Assembly (NCBI RefSeq): GCF_963921235.1
Contig: NC_086097.1
Span: forward strand, 86,926,001-86,990,000
Reading direction: 5' to 3'
DNA: 64,000 bases
DNA from: Mobula hypostoma
Lineage: Eukaryota
Position numbers and translations under genes: made by a program
Notes under the pieces: model-generated
Told to the model about the DNA's origin: nothing
Databases searched by the model: none
Seen by the model: the letters and a program-made list of their open reading frames with translations, nothing else
Part shown: positions 11,503 to 24,364 of the stretch, one piece after another
Position numbering within the stretch: the stretch's first letter is position 1
Layout: each line of letters opens with the position of its first letter

Positions 11503-14500
11503 ATGGAACACGTCCTGAGACCCGACAAGTTAGACCCCGACTCACAAACACCTGAAGCTGGAAATGCTTTTGAACTCTGGCTGGCCTGCTTCGAATCATA
11601 CCTAGAGGAGATTAAAGCGACCGAGTCCACTGCGAACCGCAGAGTTCTACTCTCCATGGTCAGTCCACAGGTCTACTCGATGATCAGAGACGAGACGAGC
11701 TACAACGGCGTGATGAGCGCCCTCAAAAGACAATACCTGCGGCCGGTAAACACCGTCTATGCGCACCATCGCTTAGCGACGCAGCAGCGACGGCCCAGGG
11801 AGTCAAGCGCTGAGTTTGTCCGAGCCCTACAGACACTTGTGCAGACCTGCAACTGCCGAGAACTGACAGCCGAACCCCATATGGAGCTCCTAGTGAGAGA
11901 CGCCTTCGTCACGGGGACCAGGTCAGTGTATGTGCGCCAGCGGCTGCTGGAACGAGCTGATCTTACCTTACATTCGGTGATTGAGCTGGCCGACATGCTA
12001 GAGGCTGCTCTGTACAACTCTGAGGCTCTCCAGGCACGCGATCCCCCGATGGCCTTGTGGGCGCCGCAGACCCCGCAACCCGCCGGTGAATCGACCATGG
12101 CTGCTGCCAGTCGCGAGTCCGTGAAGTGCTACTTCTGCAGACTCAAGAAGCATCCCCGGAAATGCTGCCCGGCCTGAGAAGCTACCTGCTCCAGCTGTGG
12201 AAAAAAGGGCCACTTTGCCAAGCCCTGTAAGTCCAAACCGCGAGTGGGATCAAGTAGCGCCACGTGTGAGACATGGAAGTCGCCATCTTGCCTGCCGCCA
12301 TCTTCCCTGCACACCACCACCACATGGGAGACATGGGGGCGGCCATCTTGGTCGGCGCCCCCTCCCACCGCCTACAACCAACGGGTGCTCACGCGGCACC
12401 CCACCGTGCCAGACCAAGACAGCGACTCAACCCTGGCCTCCGTGACCCTCGACCAAAGCGCTCCCCACCAGCTCACAAGGTCAGTGATGGACATCCTGGT
12501 GGAGGGGCGCAGGACAAGCTGCCCGTTTGACACAGGCAGCACGGAGAGTTTTATCCACCCGGACATGGTGCAGCATTGCGGACTCGCGATACGGCCGGTA
12601 AGTCAGAGGGTTGCCATGGCTTCCGGGTCGCATACAACAGACATCCGGGGAGGTTGTGTAGCGGCGCTAGTGGTGCAGGACACAGAATATCGGGACTTTA
12701 CGTTACTGGTCTTGCCTCAACTGTGTGCCCCTGTGCTATTGGGGCTCGACTTCCAGAGCCACCCGAAAAGCATGACAATGGAGTATGACAGCCCCCCCCC
12801 AGTTACTGTTGTAAATCCTCAGTTTTGTAGAAATACGTCACATACCCCGCTACTGACCACCCACACACACCGACCCCCACATCCCACCCAACACCATACC
12901 AACAGCCGCACTACCGACACCACTTGTGGCCTCTCCACCCTCAAGATCCCTCCCCCACCGCTGTCCGCCAACCTGACCCCCGACTGTAAACCTGTGGCAA
13001 CTAAAAGCAGGAGGTACAGCGTGGGGGACAGAGCCTTCATTAAGATGGAGGTGCAGCGGCTGCTCAGGGAGGGGGTCATTGAGGCAAGCACAAGTCCTTG
13101 GAGGGTGCAGGTGGTGGTTGTTCGGAACGGGGAGAAAAATAGGATGGTCGTGGACTATAGCCATACCATCAATAGGTTCACGCAGCTCGACGCGTACCCT
13201 CTACCCCGCATCGCGGATATGGTCAATCAGATAACACAGTACAAGGTGTACTCGACCATAGACCTAAAATCCGCGTACCATCAGCTCCCCAACCGCCAGG
13301 AGGACCGCCCTTACACTGCCTTCGAGACAGATGGCAGGCTTTATCACTTCCTGCGTGTCCCCTTCAGTGTCACGAATGGTGTATCTGTCTTCCAGAGGGA
13401 AATGGACCAGATGGTGGACCAGTGCCAACTGAAGGCCACATTCCCATATCTGGATAACATCACCAACTGCGGTCACGACCGGCAGGATCATGGCAACAAC
13501 GTCCAAAAATTTTTCCAAGTGGCCAAAGCTTTCAACCTCACCTATAACAAGGACAAGTGCGTGTTCGGGACCACCCAACTTGCTATCCTTGGGTGTGTCA
13601 TGGAGGACAGAGTCATTGGCCCTGACCCCGACCGTATGCGCCCTCTGTTGGAACACTCTCAGAGCCCTCAAAAGGTGCCTGGGCTTCTTTTCATATTACG
13701 CCCAATGGGTCTCTAACTACACATACAAGGCTCGCTCCCGGTCAAGTCCACCACATTCCCCCTCTCAGCCGAGGCCCGCGTGGCCTTCAGCTGCATTAAA
13801 GAGGAATTTGCCAAGGCAGCAATACATGCAGTGGATGAGGCCATTCCCTTCCAAGTAGTGAGTGACGCCTCCGACTTCGTGCTGGCTGCTACTCTCAACC
13901 AGGCGGGAAGACCGCTGGCGTTCTTCTCCCGTACCCTTCAAGGCCCTGAAATTCGGCACTCCACTGTGGAGAAAGAGGCCTAGGCCATAGTGGAAGCTAT
14001 TAAGCACTGGAGGCACTATCTCGCTGGCAAAAAGTTCACCCTGCTGACTGAACAGCGCTCAGTTGCATTCATGTTTAATAACCAACAGCGGGGCAAAATT
14101 AAAAATGATAAAATTCTGAGGTGGAGAATCGAACTCTCCACCTTCAACTATGACGTCATGCACAGGCCTGGGAAACTCAATGAGCCCTCCGATGCCCTAT
14201 CCCGGGGAACGTGCGCCAGCGCGCAGATCGACCGGCTATACACCCTACATGTAGATCTTCGCCACCCGGGGGTCAACCAGCTTTTCCACTTCGTGAAAGC
14301 CCGGAACCTGCCTTACTCCCTTGAGAAGATCAGGACGATGACCAGGGACTGCCAAGTCTGCGCAGAGTGCAAACCGCACTTCTACTGACCTGAAAAGGCA
14401 CCACTCATCAAGGCCACCCGCCCCTTTGAGCGACTGAGTGTTGACTTTAAGGGCCCCCTTCCCTCCATCGACCGCAACGTGTACTTTCTTAACGTTATCG

Positions 14501-15341
14501 ATGAGTACTCGCGGTTCCCCTTTGCCATCCCCTGCCCCGACACCACTACCACGTCAGTTATAAAAGCCCTGTGCAAGCTCTTCACTCTGTTCGGATACCC
14601 ATGCTATATCCACAGTGACAGAGGGTCCTCGTTTATGAGTGACGAGCTGCGCCAATATCTACTGGCTAGGGGAATTGCAACTGGTAGGACCACAAGCTAT
14701 AATCCCCGGGGGAATGGACAGGTGGAGAAGGAGAATGTCATGGTGTGGAAAGCCACACTCTTAGCCCTCAGGTCAAAGGGACTGCCGGTCTCCCGCTGGC
14801 AGGAGGTCCTTCCCGAGGCACTCCACTCCATCCGCTCCCTGTTATGCACGTCCAGCAATGCCACCCCTCATGAGCGGCTCTTTTCTTTTCCCAGAAAGTC
14901 GACCACTGGGACCTCTCTACCAACATGGCTGACGTCCCCGGGGCCAGTGCTGCTCCGGAAACATGCGAGGAGCAATAAATATTCCCCGATGATCGAGAGG
15001 GTTCACTTACTTCATGCGAACCCCCAGTATGCCTATGTGGTTTTGCCTGATGGGCGGGAGGACACGGTTTCTTTTCGTGACCTGGTGCCCGCAGGAGCAC
15101 CGGGCCCCTACCCTGAACACTCCGTGGTGACTATTGACCCCGTACCCACCGATGTATGTACCCACGAGACACCGCGCACTCCAAGCCCTACATAGACACC
15201 ACACGACACTCCCATACCGGGCGCGACGCACACGCACGAGGGATTACCGACGCCTAACGTGCTGACACCTGAAGTCAGGCCGGAGCCAGCACAACCGCCA
15301 TCGCCAGTGCAATCACCACCGGTGCTACGTAGATCACAGTG
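11503..15341 (+). pseudogene. Disrupted single-frame gag-pol
   Basis: gag CYFC..H..CPA*EATCSSCGKKGH (stop at 12175); PR FDTGS; RT IDLKSAYHQ and YLDN; RH SDAS..EKEA; IN VDF / HSDRG / GQVEKEN. Frameshifts near 13650-13740 and several stops. Confidence 0.93.
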
Positions 15342-15446
15342 ACGGACTCTTCTGCCTGATAGACTTGACCTGTAAATATACTTGTTTTAAATATTGTCAG
15401 TCACTTCACCCTGCGGGACTCTTTTTAACAAAAAGGGAGGGGTGAG

Positions 15447-15679
15447 TGTGGTAAACCACATATATATGTTGTAACTGGGTTACCTGTCTGGACACGCCCC
15501 TCTGCTGACTGTTCCTGTGGCTCCTCCCACAGATCCCTGAATAAAGGCGATTGCGCCATTGCTCCTCCCTCAGTCCAAGGGCAGATACTCAGCACGGTGG
15601 AGGTCACATTTTACTGCTAATAAAAGTCTTTCAGTATTTACTCTACTTCCAGTCTTTTGGAGTTATTGATGATGCATCA
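15447..15679 (+). repeat. 3' LTR
   Basis: Preceded by the PPT and followed by TSD GATGT. Confidence 0.97.
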
Positions 15680-16420
15680 GATGTATTGGATCGGGTTCAT
15701 GGCATTGTAAAGGGGGAGGGTGAACAACCAGAAGTCACGGTGCATATATCGACATAGGTAGGAAATGGAGAAGGACCCGAAGAGAGAATATAAGGAGTCA
15801 GGCAGAGAGCTGAAAAGCAGGACCTCCAGGTAGTAATCTCTGGATTTCTGCCTGTGCCTTGTACTAGTGACGGTAAGAATAGGATATTTTGGCAATTAAA
15901 TGTGTTGCTGAGGAATTGGCGCGGAGAGCAGGGTTTCTGATTTCTGGATTATTGGGATCTCTTCTGGGGAAAGTATGACCTGTACAAAAAGGATGGGTTA
16001 CCACTGAACCTGAGGGAGACTTTGGGTTGGGGTTACTAGAGCTGCTGGGGAGAGTTTAAACAAATTTGGCAGGGGGTTGGGAACCAGAGTGGTAGGGCTG
16101 AAGGTGGGACAGTTGGTATACAAGTAGATGCAGTGTGTGGTGAGATTGTGAGGAAGGAAAGGCAGATGATAGAGCAAAATTGCAGCCAGTGGGGCAAATT
16201 AAGGTGAAAATGAAAAAGGGAGATAAATACAGGACTGAAGGTGTTATATTTGAATGCATGTAGCATATGGAATAAGGTAGATGATCCTGTGGCACAGTTA
16301 CAGTTTGGCTGGTATGATGCTATGGGCATCACTGAGTCGTGGCTGAAAGATCATAGTTGAGAGCTTGACCTCCAAGGATCAACCGTATCAAAAGAACCAG
16401 CAGGAAGGCAGAGAGGATAT

Positions 16421-16540
16421 CAAAGTTGCTGGTGAACGCAGCAGGCCAGGAAGCATCTCTAGGGAGAGGTACAGTCGACGTTTCGGGCCGAGACCCTTCG
16501 TCAGGACCTTTCCAGCATCTGCAGAATTCCTCTTGTTTGC
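16421..16540. mobile_element. Penelope terminal fragment with hammerhead (16473-16508, minus)
   Basis: Same terminal sequence as the other copies, a short inverted tail, and direct repeat GAGGATAT on both sides. Confidence 0.8.
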
Positions 16541-17433
16541 GAGGATATGATAGGTCTGGTGGTAAAAAAATGAAATTAAATACTCAGAAAGAAGTGACAT
16601 AGAATTGGAAAATGTAGAATTCTTGTGGGTAGAGTTAAGAAACTGCAAGGGTATAAAGACCCTGATGGGAGTTATATGCTGGCTTCAGAAGAGTAGCTGG
16701 GATGTGGGCTGCAAATTACAATGGGAAATAGAAAAGGCATGCAAAAAAGGCAATGTTGTGATTCTCATGGCAGAACAGGGAACATAGTTGCAATTCTGTA
16801 ACAGGGTCAGCCATGATGGAGCGGCAGAGCAGACTTGATGGGCCAGATAGTCTGATTCTGCTCATATGTCTTATGGTCTAATTTCCTAAACTGGTACATG
16901 GCTATCTTTAGATTGATAGTGTGATTTTGGATGCAATCAGTAAATTAAGATATCAACCGTGGCATCAACTGAATTTGTCATTGAAACAGCCAAGCCATTA
17001 AAAATTACTATTTCAGTGTGGATCAGTTAAAGAAATAGGACAGATGGAAAATGAGCAAAGAAAGAGCATATAATAAATAGGATGCAAAGGAAAGAAGTTT
17101 CTGTTTCCTCATTTTAGTACTTGTCTGCAAATCTATTTCAACCTTTTGGAATCTTGTGCAGTGACCCTCTGAACATTAGAATTGTGTTAAATCTGTATTT
17201 TTTCACATAACTTTGAATTCTATGACTTTCACTTCCTCAGGTTAACCAAAGAAAAAAACATACAAGCAACAAAAACAACTTAATATGTTAGAATTCTTCA
17301 TTTTTCCCGAGTTATATTTTATTCTGTGCTTTTTATTTTTATGTATTGAAAGATGGAAACTAGCGTATGGAAGCACTTTCTTCAAAAAAAAACATGCACA
17401 CACATACAACTGAATTGTTGAATCAGTCCTTCC

Positions 17434-17648
17434 CCATTGCAGTTAGATCACCTGGGATTTTTATTAACAAATAGTGCCTGTTTAACATTAGCTTTCTCAT
17501 TTGGCCTGTTAACTTCCATCTCTGGGTAGACCTTGTCTAGATAACACTTGAACGATGTACAGTTCAGCTTCTTTCTCAACTCTAAATGTTCACTGATGTC
17601 ACCATAACTTAGTTTCCTCAATTCTGGTCTCAAGGATAAGAATTGTTC
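17434..17648 (-). pseudogene. GALNT11: GALNT11-like pseudo-exon (end of catalytic domain / linker)
   Basis: tttcag|EQFLSLRPELRKLSYGDISEHLELRKKLNCTSFKCYLDKVYPEM...FVNKNPR*S, then frameshifted LQWGR. Matches recalled GALNT11 [44 protein letters not shown]...RPKVLQRGR. The expected donor is absent. Confidence 0.9.
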
Positions 17649-18770
17649 CTGAAATACACAAAATAATTCTATGTTTCGATGTAAGTATCAGCAAATTGAT
17701 TAAAAAATGACTCAGGTAAACACTTACCTTCATATTTCTTCCCCGACTGAAGCTGAAACAAGATTTACCAACATTACTTCACCACAACAGTGACTGAGAG
17801 CTTGGAGCAAGAATATTATAAATTACCTATAAATATAATATTTATGTTATTATTCCTGGCTCATAGTAAATCTCAGATTCAGTTTATAATTTTTCCTTTA
17901 ACGTATAAAATTAAGAATTTGGCACATCTGACTTGCTTTCACCCGAAGGAAGCTACTTCACATCACACTGGTTACGAGAACTATGGTAACTAATTCACAC
18001 TTGATCACTTGTTCAACCAATATGCTCAGAATCTTAACTCGTGTGTATACTACATTGAAAAAATTCTAAGGTTAAGCAAACATGAAACAGCTATAAATAA
18101 TTTTGAAACAAATAAAAATTTATAGTTCTGTACTTCAAAGCAATTGTGAGTTTATCTTCCATCTACAGCAAAATAATTGAAACCAAATTGAAAATTCAGC
18201 TTTGAAGCCTCAAGGCATTTGAAAGTGGACTGAACAAAGTGGAAATAAAGATACAGATGGAATGCTCTAAATGGTTCAGAAAAAAAAAGTTACTGCCTCA
18301 TTTGTCTGAGTTTGCATTAGTTACAACAAAGCCTTTTCTTTCTAAAGTTAACTGATCTCATCTATGTAGCAAGGGTAATGACAACGAACCAATATTTTGC
18401 CCCTGCCAAAAGGTCACATCTGCATTCAAGGTGAGTACCCGGAGTAATTGTATCATCAATGTTAGTCTCACTAGAGCCAAGGAAAACTTTGGGAGTAATG
18501 GATTATCCTCCTATTCACAGTTCTAAAAAGAAAAAAGGAGTGGTCTCGAATTTGTATTATTTAAAATCATGCTGAAATCTCTGTGCTGCCCTCACTCTGG
18601 TACAAAATTTCTGGCACTCACTGTGGAAACTTTGAAGCTTGCTGTAAGAAATATCCTGTCTCCCCCACATTGAGACATGATGTAGCCTTTTTGGTACAAA
18701 CACAATCAGATTCACCACGACATTGCTGGAATGGAGGACTTCAGTTCTGGAGGGCTAATGAGTAGACTGT

Positions 18771-18907
18771 AAACAACAGGAATTCTGCAGATGCTGGAAA
18801 TTCAAGCAACACACATCAAAGTTGCTGGTGAACGCAGCAGGCCAGGCAGCATCTCTAGGAAGAGGTACAGTCGACGTTTCAGGCCGAGACCCTTCGTCAG
18901 GACTAAC
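18771..18907 (-). mobile_element. Penelope 3' terminal fragment
   Basis: Terminal sequence of the family; TSD TGAGTA(G/C)ACTGT (18759-18770 / 18908-18919). Confidence 0.8.
18869..18904 (-). ncRNA. Minimal hammerhead ribozyme, intact
   Basis: AGTC CTGACGA AGG GTCTCGG CCT GAAA C GTC GACT. Confidence 0.85.
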
Positions 18908-19584
18908 TGAGTACACTGTGCTTGTTTTTCTTCAAGTAAAAGAAGCTGAAGGGTGACTAGATGGACATACATAAAAACTGAGAGGCATAGACAGGGTAGT
19001 TACAAGCCCTTTCCTGTCGTAATGCATAGGCTTAAAAAGAGAGGAAGGTGTTTTAAAAGAAATCAATTTTTTTTTCTTAAATATGATCTATATGGCAGTG
19101 GCCACTCCGGTGAATGATATCTGTTATCTGTCAGGTAGGGTGCCGTGCACAATCCTAATTTGATGGTGACAGACGTGAGAGCATGGAGGAACATCTGTGA
19201 AACTTCTGAAATACCTGCTTCGCTGCCACTGCTACTGAGGGATCCAGAATCTCCGGAGGGGGAAGGCCCCGAGTCCTCAGTTTTGCTTGTTGCTCGGCGG
19301 CTGGGGCAGGGTCGAAGCGCTCAGCAGAGATGGTGCTCGGTGCTCAGTGTCAGAGGGCCGGTCGGAGGCTCAAAGTTTTCGGACGGACTCAGAGTTGGCT
19401 GTGGTCGGGTGCTTCCAATGCATCGGCAAGTTTGCTGCGCTTGGAGTTCATGGCAGGGAGAGTTTCTCCCTTCTACCGTCTGCATGAGATGATGGGGCTA
19501 TCGGGACTTGAGACTTTTTTTTTACCGTGCCTATGGTCTGCTCTTTATCAAATTATTGCTTTGCACTGTTGTAACTATATAATC

Positions 19585-20686
19585 ATAGTCATACTTTATT
19601 GATCCTGGGGGGAAACTAGTTTTTGTTACAGTTGCACCATAAATAATAAATAGTAATAGAACCATAAATAGTTAAATAGTTATTCGTAAATTATGCCAGT
19701 AAATTATGAAATAAGTCCAGGACCAGCCTATCGGCACAGGGTGTCTGACCCTCCAAGGGAGGAGTTGTAAAGTTTGATGGCCACAGACAGGAATGACTTC
19801 CTATGACGCTCTGTGTTGCATCTCGGTGGAATGAGTCTCTGGCTGAATGTACTCCTGTGCCCACCCAGTACATTATGTAGTGGATGGGAGACATTGACCA
19901 AGATGGCATGCAACTTAGACAACATCCTCTTTTCCGACACCGCCGTGAGAGAGTCCAGTTCCATCCCCACAACATCACTGGCCTTACGGATGCGTTTATT
20001 TATTCTGTTGGTGTCTGCTACCCTCAGCCTGCTGCCCCAGCACACAACAGCAAACATGATAGCACTGGCCATCACAGACTTGTAGAACATCCTCAGCATC
20101 GTCCAGCAGATGTTAAAGGACCTCAGTCTCCTCAGGAAATAGAGACGGCTCTGACCCTTCTTGTAGACAGCCTCAGTGTTCTTAGATCAGTCCAGTTTAT
20201 TGTCAATATGTATCCCCAGGTATCTGTAATCCTCCACCATGTCCACACTGACCCCCTGGATGAAAACAGGCGTCACCGGTACCTTAGCTGTCCTCAGGTC
20301 TACCAGCAGCTCCTTAGTCTTTTTCACATTAAGCTGCAGATAATTCTGCTCACACCATGTGACAAAGTTTCCTACCGTAGCCCTGTACTCAGCCTCATCT
20401 CCCTTGCTGATACATCCAACTATGGCAGAGTCATCAGAGAACTTCTGAAGATGACAAGACTCTGTGTAGTAGTTGAAGTCCAAGGTGTAAATGGTGAAGA
20501 GAAAGGGAGACAAGACAGTCCCCTGTGGAGCCCCAGTGCTGCTGATCACTCTGTCGGACACACAGTGTTGCAAGCACACGTACTGTGGTCTGCCAGTCAG
20601 GTAATCAAGAATCCATGATACCAGGAAAGCATCCACCTGCATCGCTGTCAGCTTCTTCCCCAGCAGAGCAGGGCTGGGGGAAAAGC
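19585..20686 (-). mobile_element. Rex1/Babar-type LINE, 5'-truncated, inserted into another repeat (19082-20845)
   Basis: WILDYLTGRPQYV, GAPQGTVLSPFLFTIYT, KFSDD; 3' tail AATAAAGTATGACTATG. Confidence 0.88.
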
Positions 20687-22379
20687 TACATAATTATATT
20701 ATGTTATAATTATGTAGTTTTGTCAGTTTTAGTCCTGGTTTGTCCTATGTTTTTGTGATATCTTTCTGGAGGAACATTGCATCATTTTTTAATGCATGCA
20801 TTTCTAAATGACAATAAACGTGGACTGAGTGTCCTCATAATCTAAAAAAAAGAAATATCTGATATGCACTGCCTGAGAAGGTGGTGGAATTAGATACAAT
20901 CACCATTTAAGAGGCTTTAAAACAGGCAATTAAAAAGGCAAGGCATGGAAGGATATGAACCTACTGAGGGTAAACGGGAGGGCAGAAAGCTCAGCGTAGA
21001 TATGTTTCTGTGCTAGAATTTGAGCATAAAATGGATTATTCTTACTCCAAACCAGAAACAAAATAAATCCCTGGGAATTTTAAAAAGATGCATTTGAAAT
21101 TTGGACCTGGAAAGCAAAGCAAATCTAAAACCAAAAAAGTTTTGTTGAAGTTTCTAAACTAAGCCATATAAAGGATTCTTTACTTATCAAGAAAGCTTTA
21201 CTCTAGTCTAACCAAAGGTGAAAAATAATCTGTGTTCAACAATGGGTCCAACGTCAAAATTTTAATAATGGGGAAAATTAACTACTCGTTTCTGGTTCGC
21301 TGCAACCCCAGGCCTCATGCTCATTAAACAAGAGATTCCATGGACTGCGATTTTCAACTGTGATCTAATATTTTTCTTGTATTTCTATCTTCATCATAAT
21401 AATATTCTTCACTAAACATCAACCACTAAATAATCTATGGGTGCAATGCAGTGATTCAATAAAGTACAGTTCAACATTATAACCTTACCTCATTCACGCT
21501 TGCCAGACCGTAAAATTTAAAATCATGCCGATCTCCATACATTTATGGAAACATTTTGTTGAAAGGTTTACCCTATAAACCCAATGCTCTGTTATTATCA
21601 GCCACCATTTGGAAAAATACAGAAAACTTCAATTTGCTTATTTAGTAATAATTTAGTACAATCCAATGAGACTTTTTTTTATAACTTATCTTGTTAATAA
21701 GTACTGGGAGATTTTAAAAAAGTATGATAGATTTGAATGAGGATACAGACTCCACTTCCACATCATGCTGGTTGATAATATATAGTTTCTCCTCTTGCAT
21801 GATCCTACTCATTCTAAGCTACCATGATTATCCAACAAATAACCACCCTACCATTCTTAACAATTGCAACATTTAATGTAGCTGACAAAATAATTTGCAG
21901 TGTCAAATAGAGACTAAAACCTAACTGTCTGCGGGCCATAGTATTGAATGTACCAAATGCAGTTTTCATAAATGCTTCACTTGTCATTCACAATTACCTC
22001 CAGATTTCAAGATTGTAACCTTCTCTTGCTGCCTTTATATCATGCCAAACAGTGACTATGTCCACAGGGATATGGCCATAAAGGTCAAAACTGGGGGTTT
22101 GCCAGTAACAACATGTTTCTGTTCCTGAGAACTGGTCGTAATGCATAATATTTTTAAGTTGGAAAAGAACAGTGTAGGGTGGGATTCCAGAAATAACTGT
22201 GATGGGAGAGTGAGCAAGTGTGGGAAGAGTGACCACAAACAGACCTCACAAATTCAGTAAATGAGTTTTTCAGCTCAACCCAGCCTGACTGTTGTGGCTC
22301 AGCAAAGGAGTGTGGGGAGAGAAGAGAGGAGCATGCAGAAATGACTTTCCTAACCAGAATTAGATCTGCTGAAGAAACC

Positions 22380-23087
22380 TCATGGCAAGAATGAGTACAA
22401 GAAAGAAACAGAGTCAGGTGGCATAGTTTAAAGACAAAATCATTCCCTCAGTGTCAACATAATGAAGGAGCTGGTTACTGACTTCAGGAAGTGGGGTGGA
22501 GCACACATCCCTGTCTGCATCAGTGCTGCTGAGCTGTTTGAGAGCTTTAAGTTCCTGAATCTGAATAACATCAACAATTTATCTAGGACCAGCCACAAGG
22601 ATGCTGCAGCCAAGAAGCACACCCACTCCTCTATTTCCTCATTAGGCAAAGAACATTTGTTATGTCCCAGACACCCCTCACCGAATTCTATTGATGCATC
22701 ATAGAAACAGACCTGTCTAGATGAATCACAGTTTGGTTTGGCAACTGTTCTTCTAAAACTGCGAGAGATTGAATAGCTGTGAACACAGCCCAGCCCATCT
22801 CACAAACCAGCCTCCTCTCCAATGACTCAAACTACACTTCCCACTTCCTCACAAAGGCAGATAATGTAATGAAGCTAAAAGGTTTCATCCAACAACTAAT
22901 CAACCTCTCCTGTCACACAGAAGATACAGAAGCTTGAGAGCATGTATCATATTCGTGGACAGCTTCTATCCCACTGCTATCAGGCTCTTGAGCAGACTAA
23001 AAGATGAGCTCTTGATCTCCAAGTCTACCTCATCATGAAACTTGCACCTTATTTGTGAACCTGTATTGTATTTCACTGTAACCGAAA
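22380..23087 (+). mobile_element. Old Rex/L2-type LINE 3' remnant
   Basis: LSVNIMKELVTDFRK...ESFKFL. Confidence 0.6.
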
Positions 23088-23200
23088 CACAATTTTCTAC
23101 ACAAACAACAGGAATTCTGCAGATGCTGGAAATTCAAGCAACATACATCAAAGTTGCTGGTGAATGCAGCAGGCCAACCAGCATCTATAGGAAGAGGCGC

Positions 23201-23236
23201 AGTCGACGTTTCAGGCCGAGACCCTTCGTCAGGACT
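23201..23236 (-). ncRNA. Minimal hammerhead ribozyme, intact
   Basis: AGTC CTGACGA AGG GTCTCGG CCT GAAA C GTC GACT. Confidence 0.85.
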
Positions 23237-23996
23237 AACCGAAGGAAGAGTGAGTAAGGGATTTGAAAGCTGGAGGGGGAGGGGGAGATCCAAAATGATA
23301 GGAGAAGACAGGAGGGGGAGGGATAGAGCCAAGAGCTGGACAGGTGATAGGCAAAAGGGGATACGAGAGGATCATGGGACAGGAGGTCCGGGAAGAAAGA
23401 CAAGGAGGGGGGGTGACCCAGAGGATGGGCAAGAGGTATATTCAGAGGGACAGAGGGAGAAAAAGGAAAGTGAGAGAAAGTATGTGTGCATAAAAATGAG
23501 TAACAGATGGGGTACGAGGGGGAGGTGGGGCCTTAGCGGAAGTTAGAGAAGTCGATGTTCATGCCATCAGGTTGGAGGCTACCCAGACGGAATATAAGGT
23601 GTTGTTCCTCCAACCTGAGTGTGGCTTCATCTTTACAGTAGAGGAGGCCGTGGATAGACATGTCAGAATGGGAATGGGATGTGGAATTAAAATGTGTGGC
23701 CACTGGGAGATCCTGCTTTCTCTGGCGGACAGAGCGTAGATGTTCAGCAAAGCGGTCTCCCAGTCTGCGTGGGGTCTCACCAATATATAAAAGGCCACAT
23801 CGGGAGCACCGGACGCAGTATATCACCCCAGTCGACTCACAGGTGAAGTGATGCCTCACCTGGAAGGACTGTTTGGGGCCCTGAATGGTGGTAAGGGAGG
23901 AAGTGTAAGGGCATGTGTAGCACTTGTTCCGCTTACACGGATAAGTGCCAGGAGGGAGATCAGTGGGGAGGGATGGGGGGGACGAATGGACAAGGG

Positions 23997-24032
23997 AGTC
24001 CTGACGAAGGGTCTCGGCCTGAAACGTCGACT
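23997..24032 (+). ncRNA. Minimal hammerhead ribozyme, intact
   Basis: Identical motif on the plus strand. Confidence 0.85.
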
Positions 24033-24364
24033 GCGCCTCTTCCTATAGATGCTGCTTGGCCTGCTGCGTTCACCAGCAACTTTGATGTATGTTGCCACAA
24101 TTTTCTACAGTCATTTTACTTCAGTGAAATTACACAAGACATGATCTGTCTGGATAGCACAACCAGCTTTCATTGTATCTTGGTACACATGGTAGTAAGA
24201 AACTAATCCAATCCAGATACATGTCCGGAGCACAAACACAAGAGATTCTGTAGTTGCTGGAAATCCAGAATAACAAACACATAAATTCAGCAGGTCAGGT
24301 AGCATCCATGAAGAGGAATAAACTTGACGTTTCAAGGTGAGACCCTTCACAGGCTGACTGAAGC

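Larger units (their letters stand above)
11243..15679 (+). mobile_element. Full-length Ty3/Gypsy LTR retrotransposon (Mag-like double zinc knuckle), inactivated
   Basis: TG..CA LTRs 11243-11477 and 15447-15679; 5-bp TSD GATGT; PPT AAAAAGGGAGGGGTGAG at 15430-15446; gag-PR-RT-RH-IN order. Confidence 0.97.
10560..16870 (+). mobile_element. Degenerate CR1 5' half (ORF1 zinc finger and SGNH esterase, start of APE), interrupted by a Gypsy element and a Penelope end
   Basis: C..CEIW...C.KC; IGNSIIRG; SGARVKDV|LDRVHGIVKGEGEQPEVTVHI resumes across the Gypsy insertion; GITESWL at about 16325. Confidence 0.8.
23102..24095 (-). mobile_element. Penelope-like element, 5'-truncated, with inverted 3' end
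   Basis: GIY-YIG ORF 23533-23859 (VIYCVRCSRCGLLYIGET.RRL..RF.EH); inverted terminal copy 23997-24095; 14-bp TSD CACAATTTTCTACA (23088-23101 / 24096-24109). Confidence 0.93.

Noticed and set aside
19884..20618. 244-aa plus-strand ORF
   Set aside because: Antisense shadow of the Rex1 RT.
21489..21572. AG...GAG|GTAAGG exon-like segment on the minus strand
   Set aside because: Stops in all three frames and no recognisable homology.
21994..22236. ORF ending EGYNLEIWR|gtaatt, resembling GALNT GENLEISFR
   Set aside because: The real exon is at 40713-40829. This site is out of order and has no upstream similarity.
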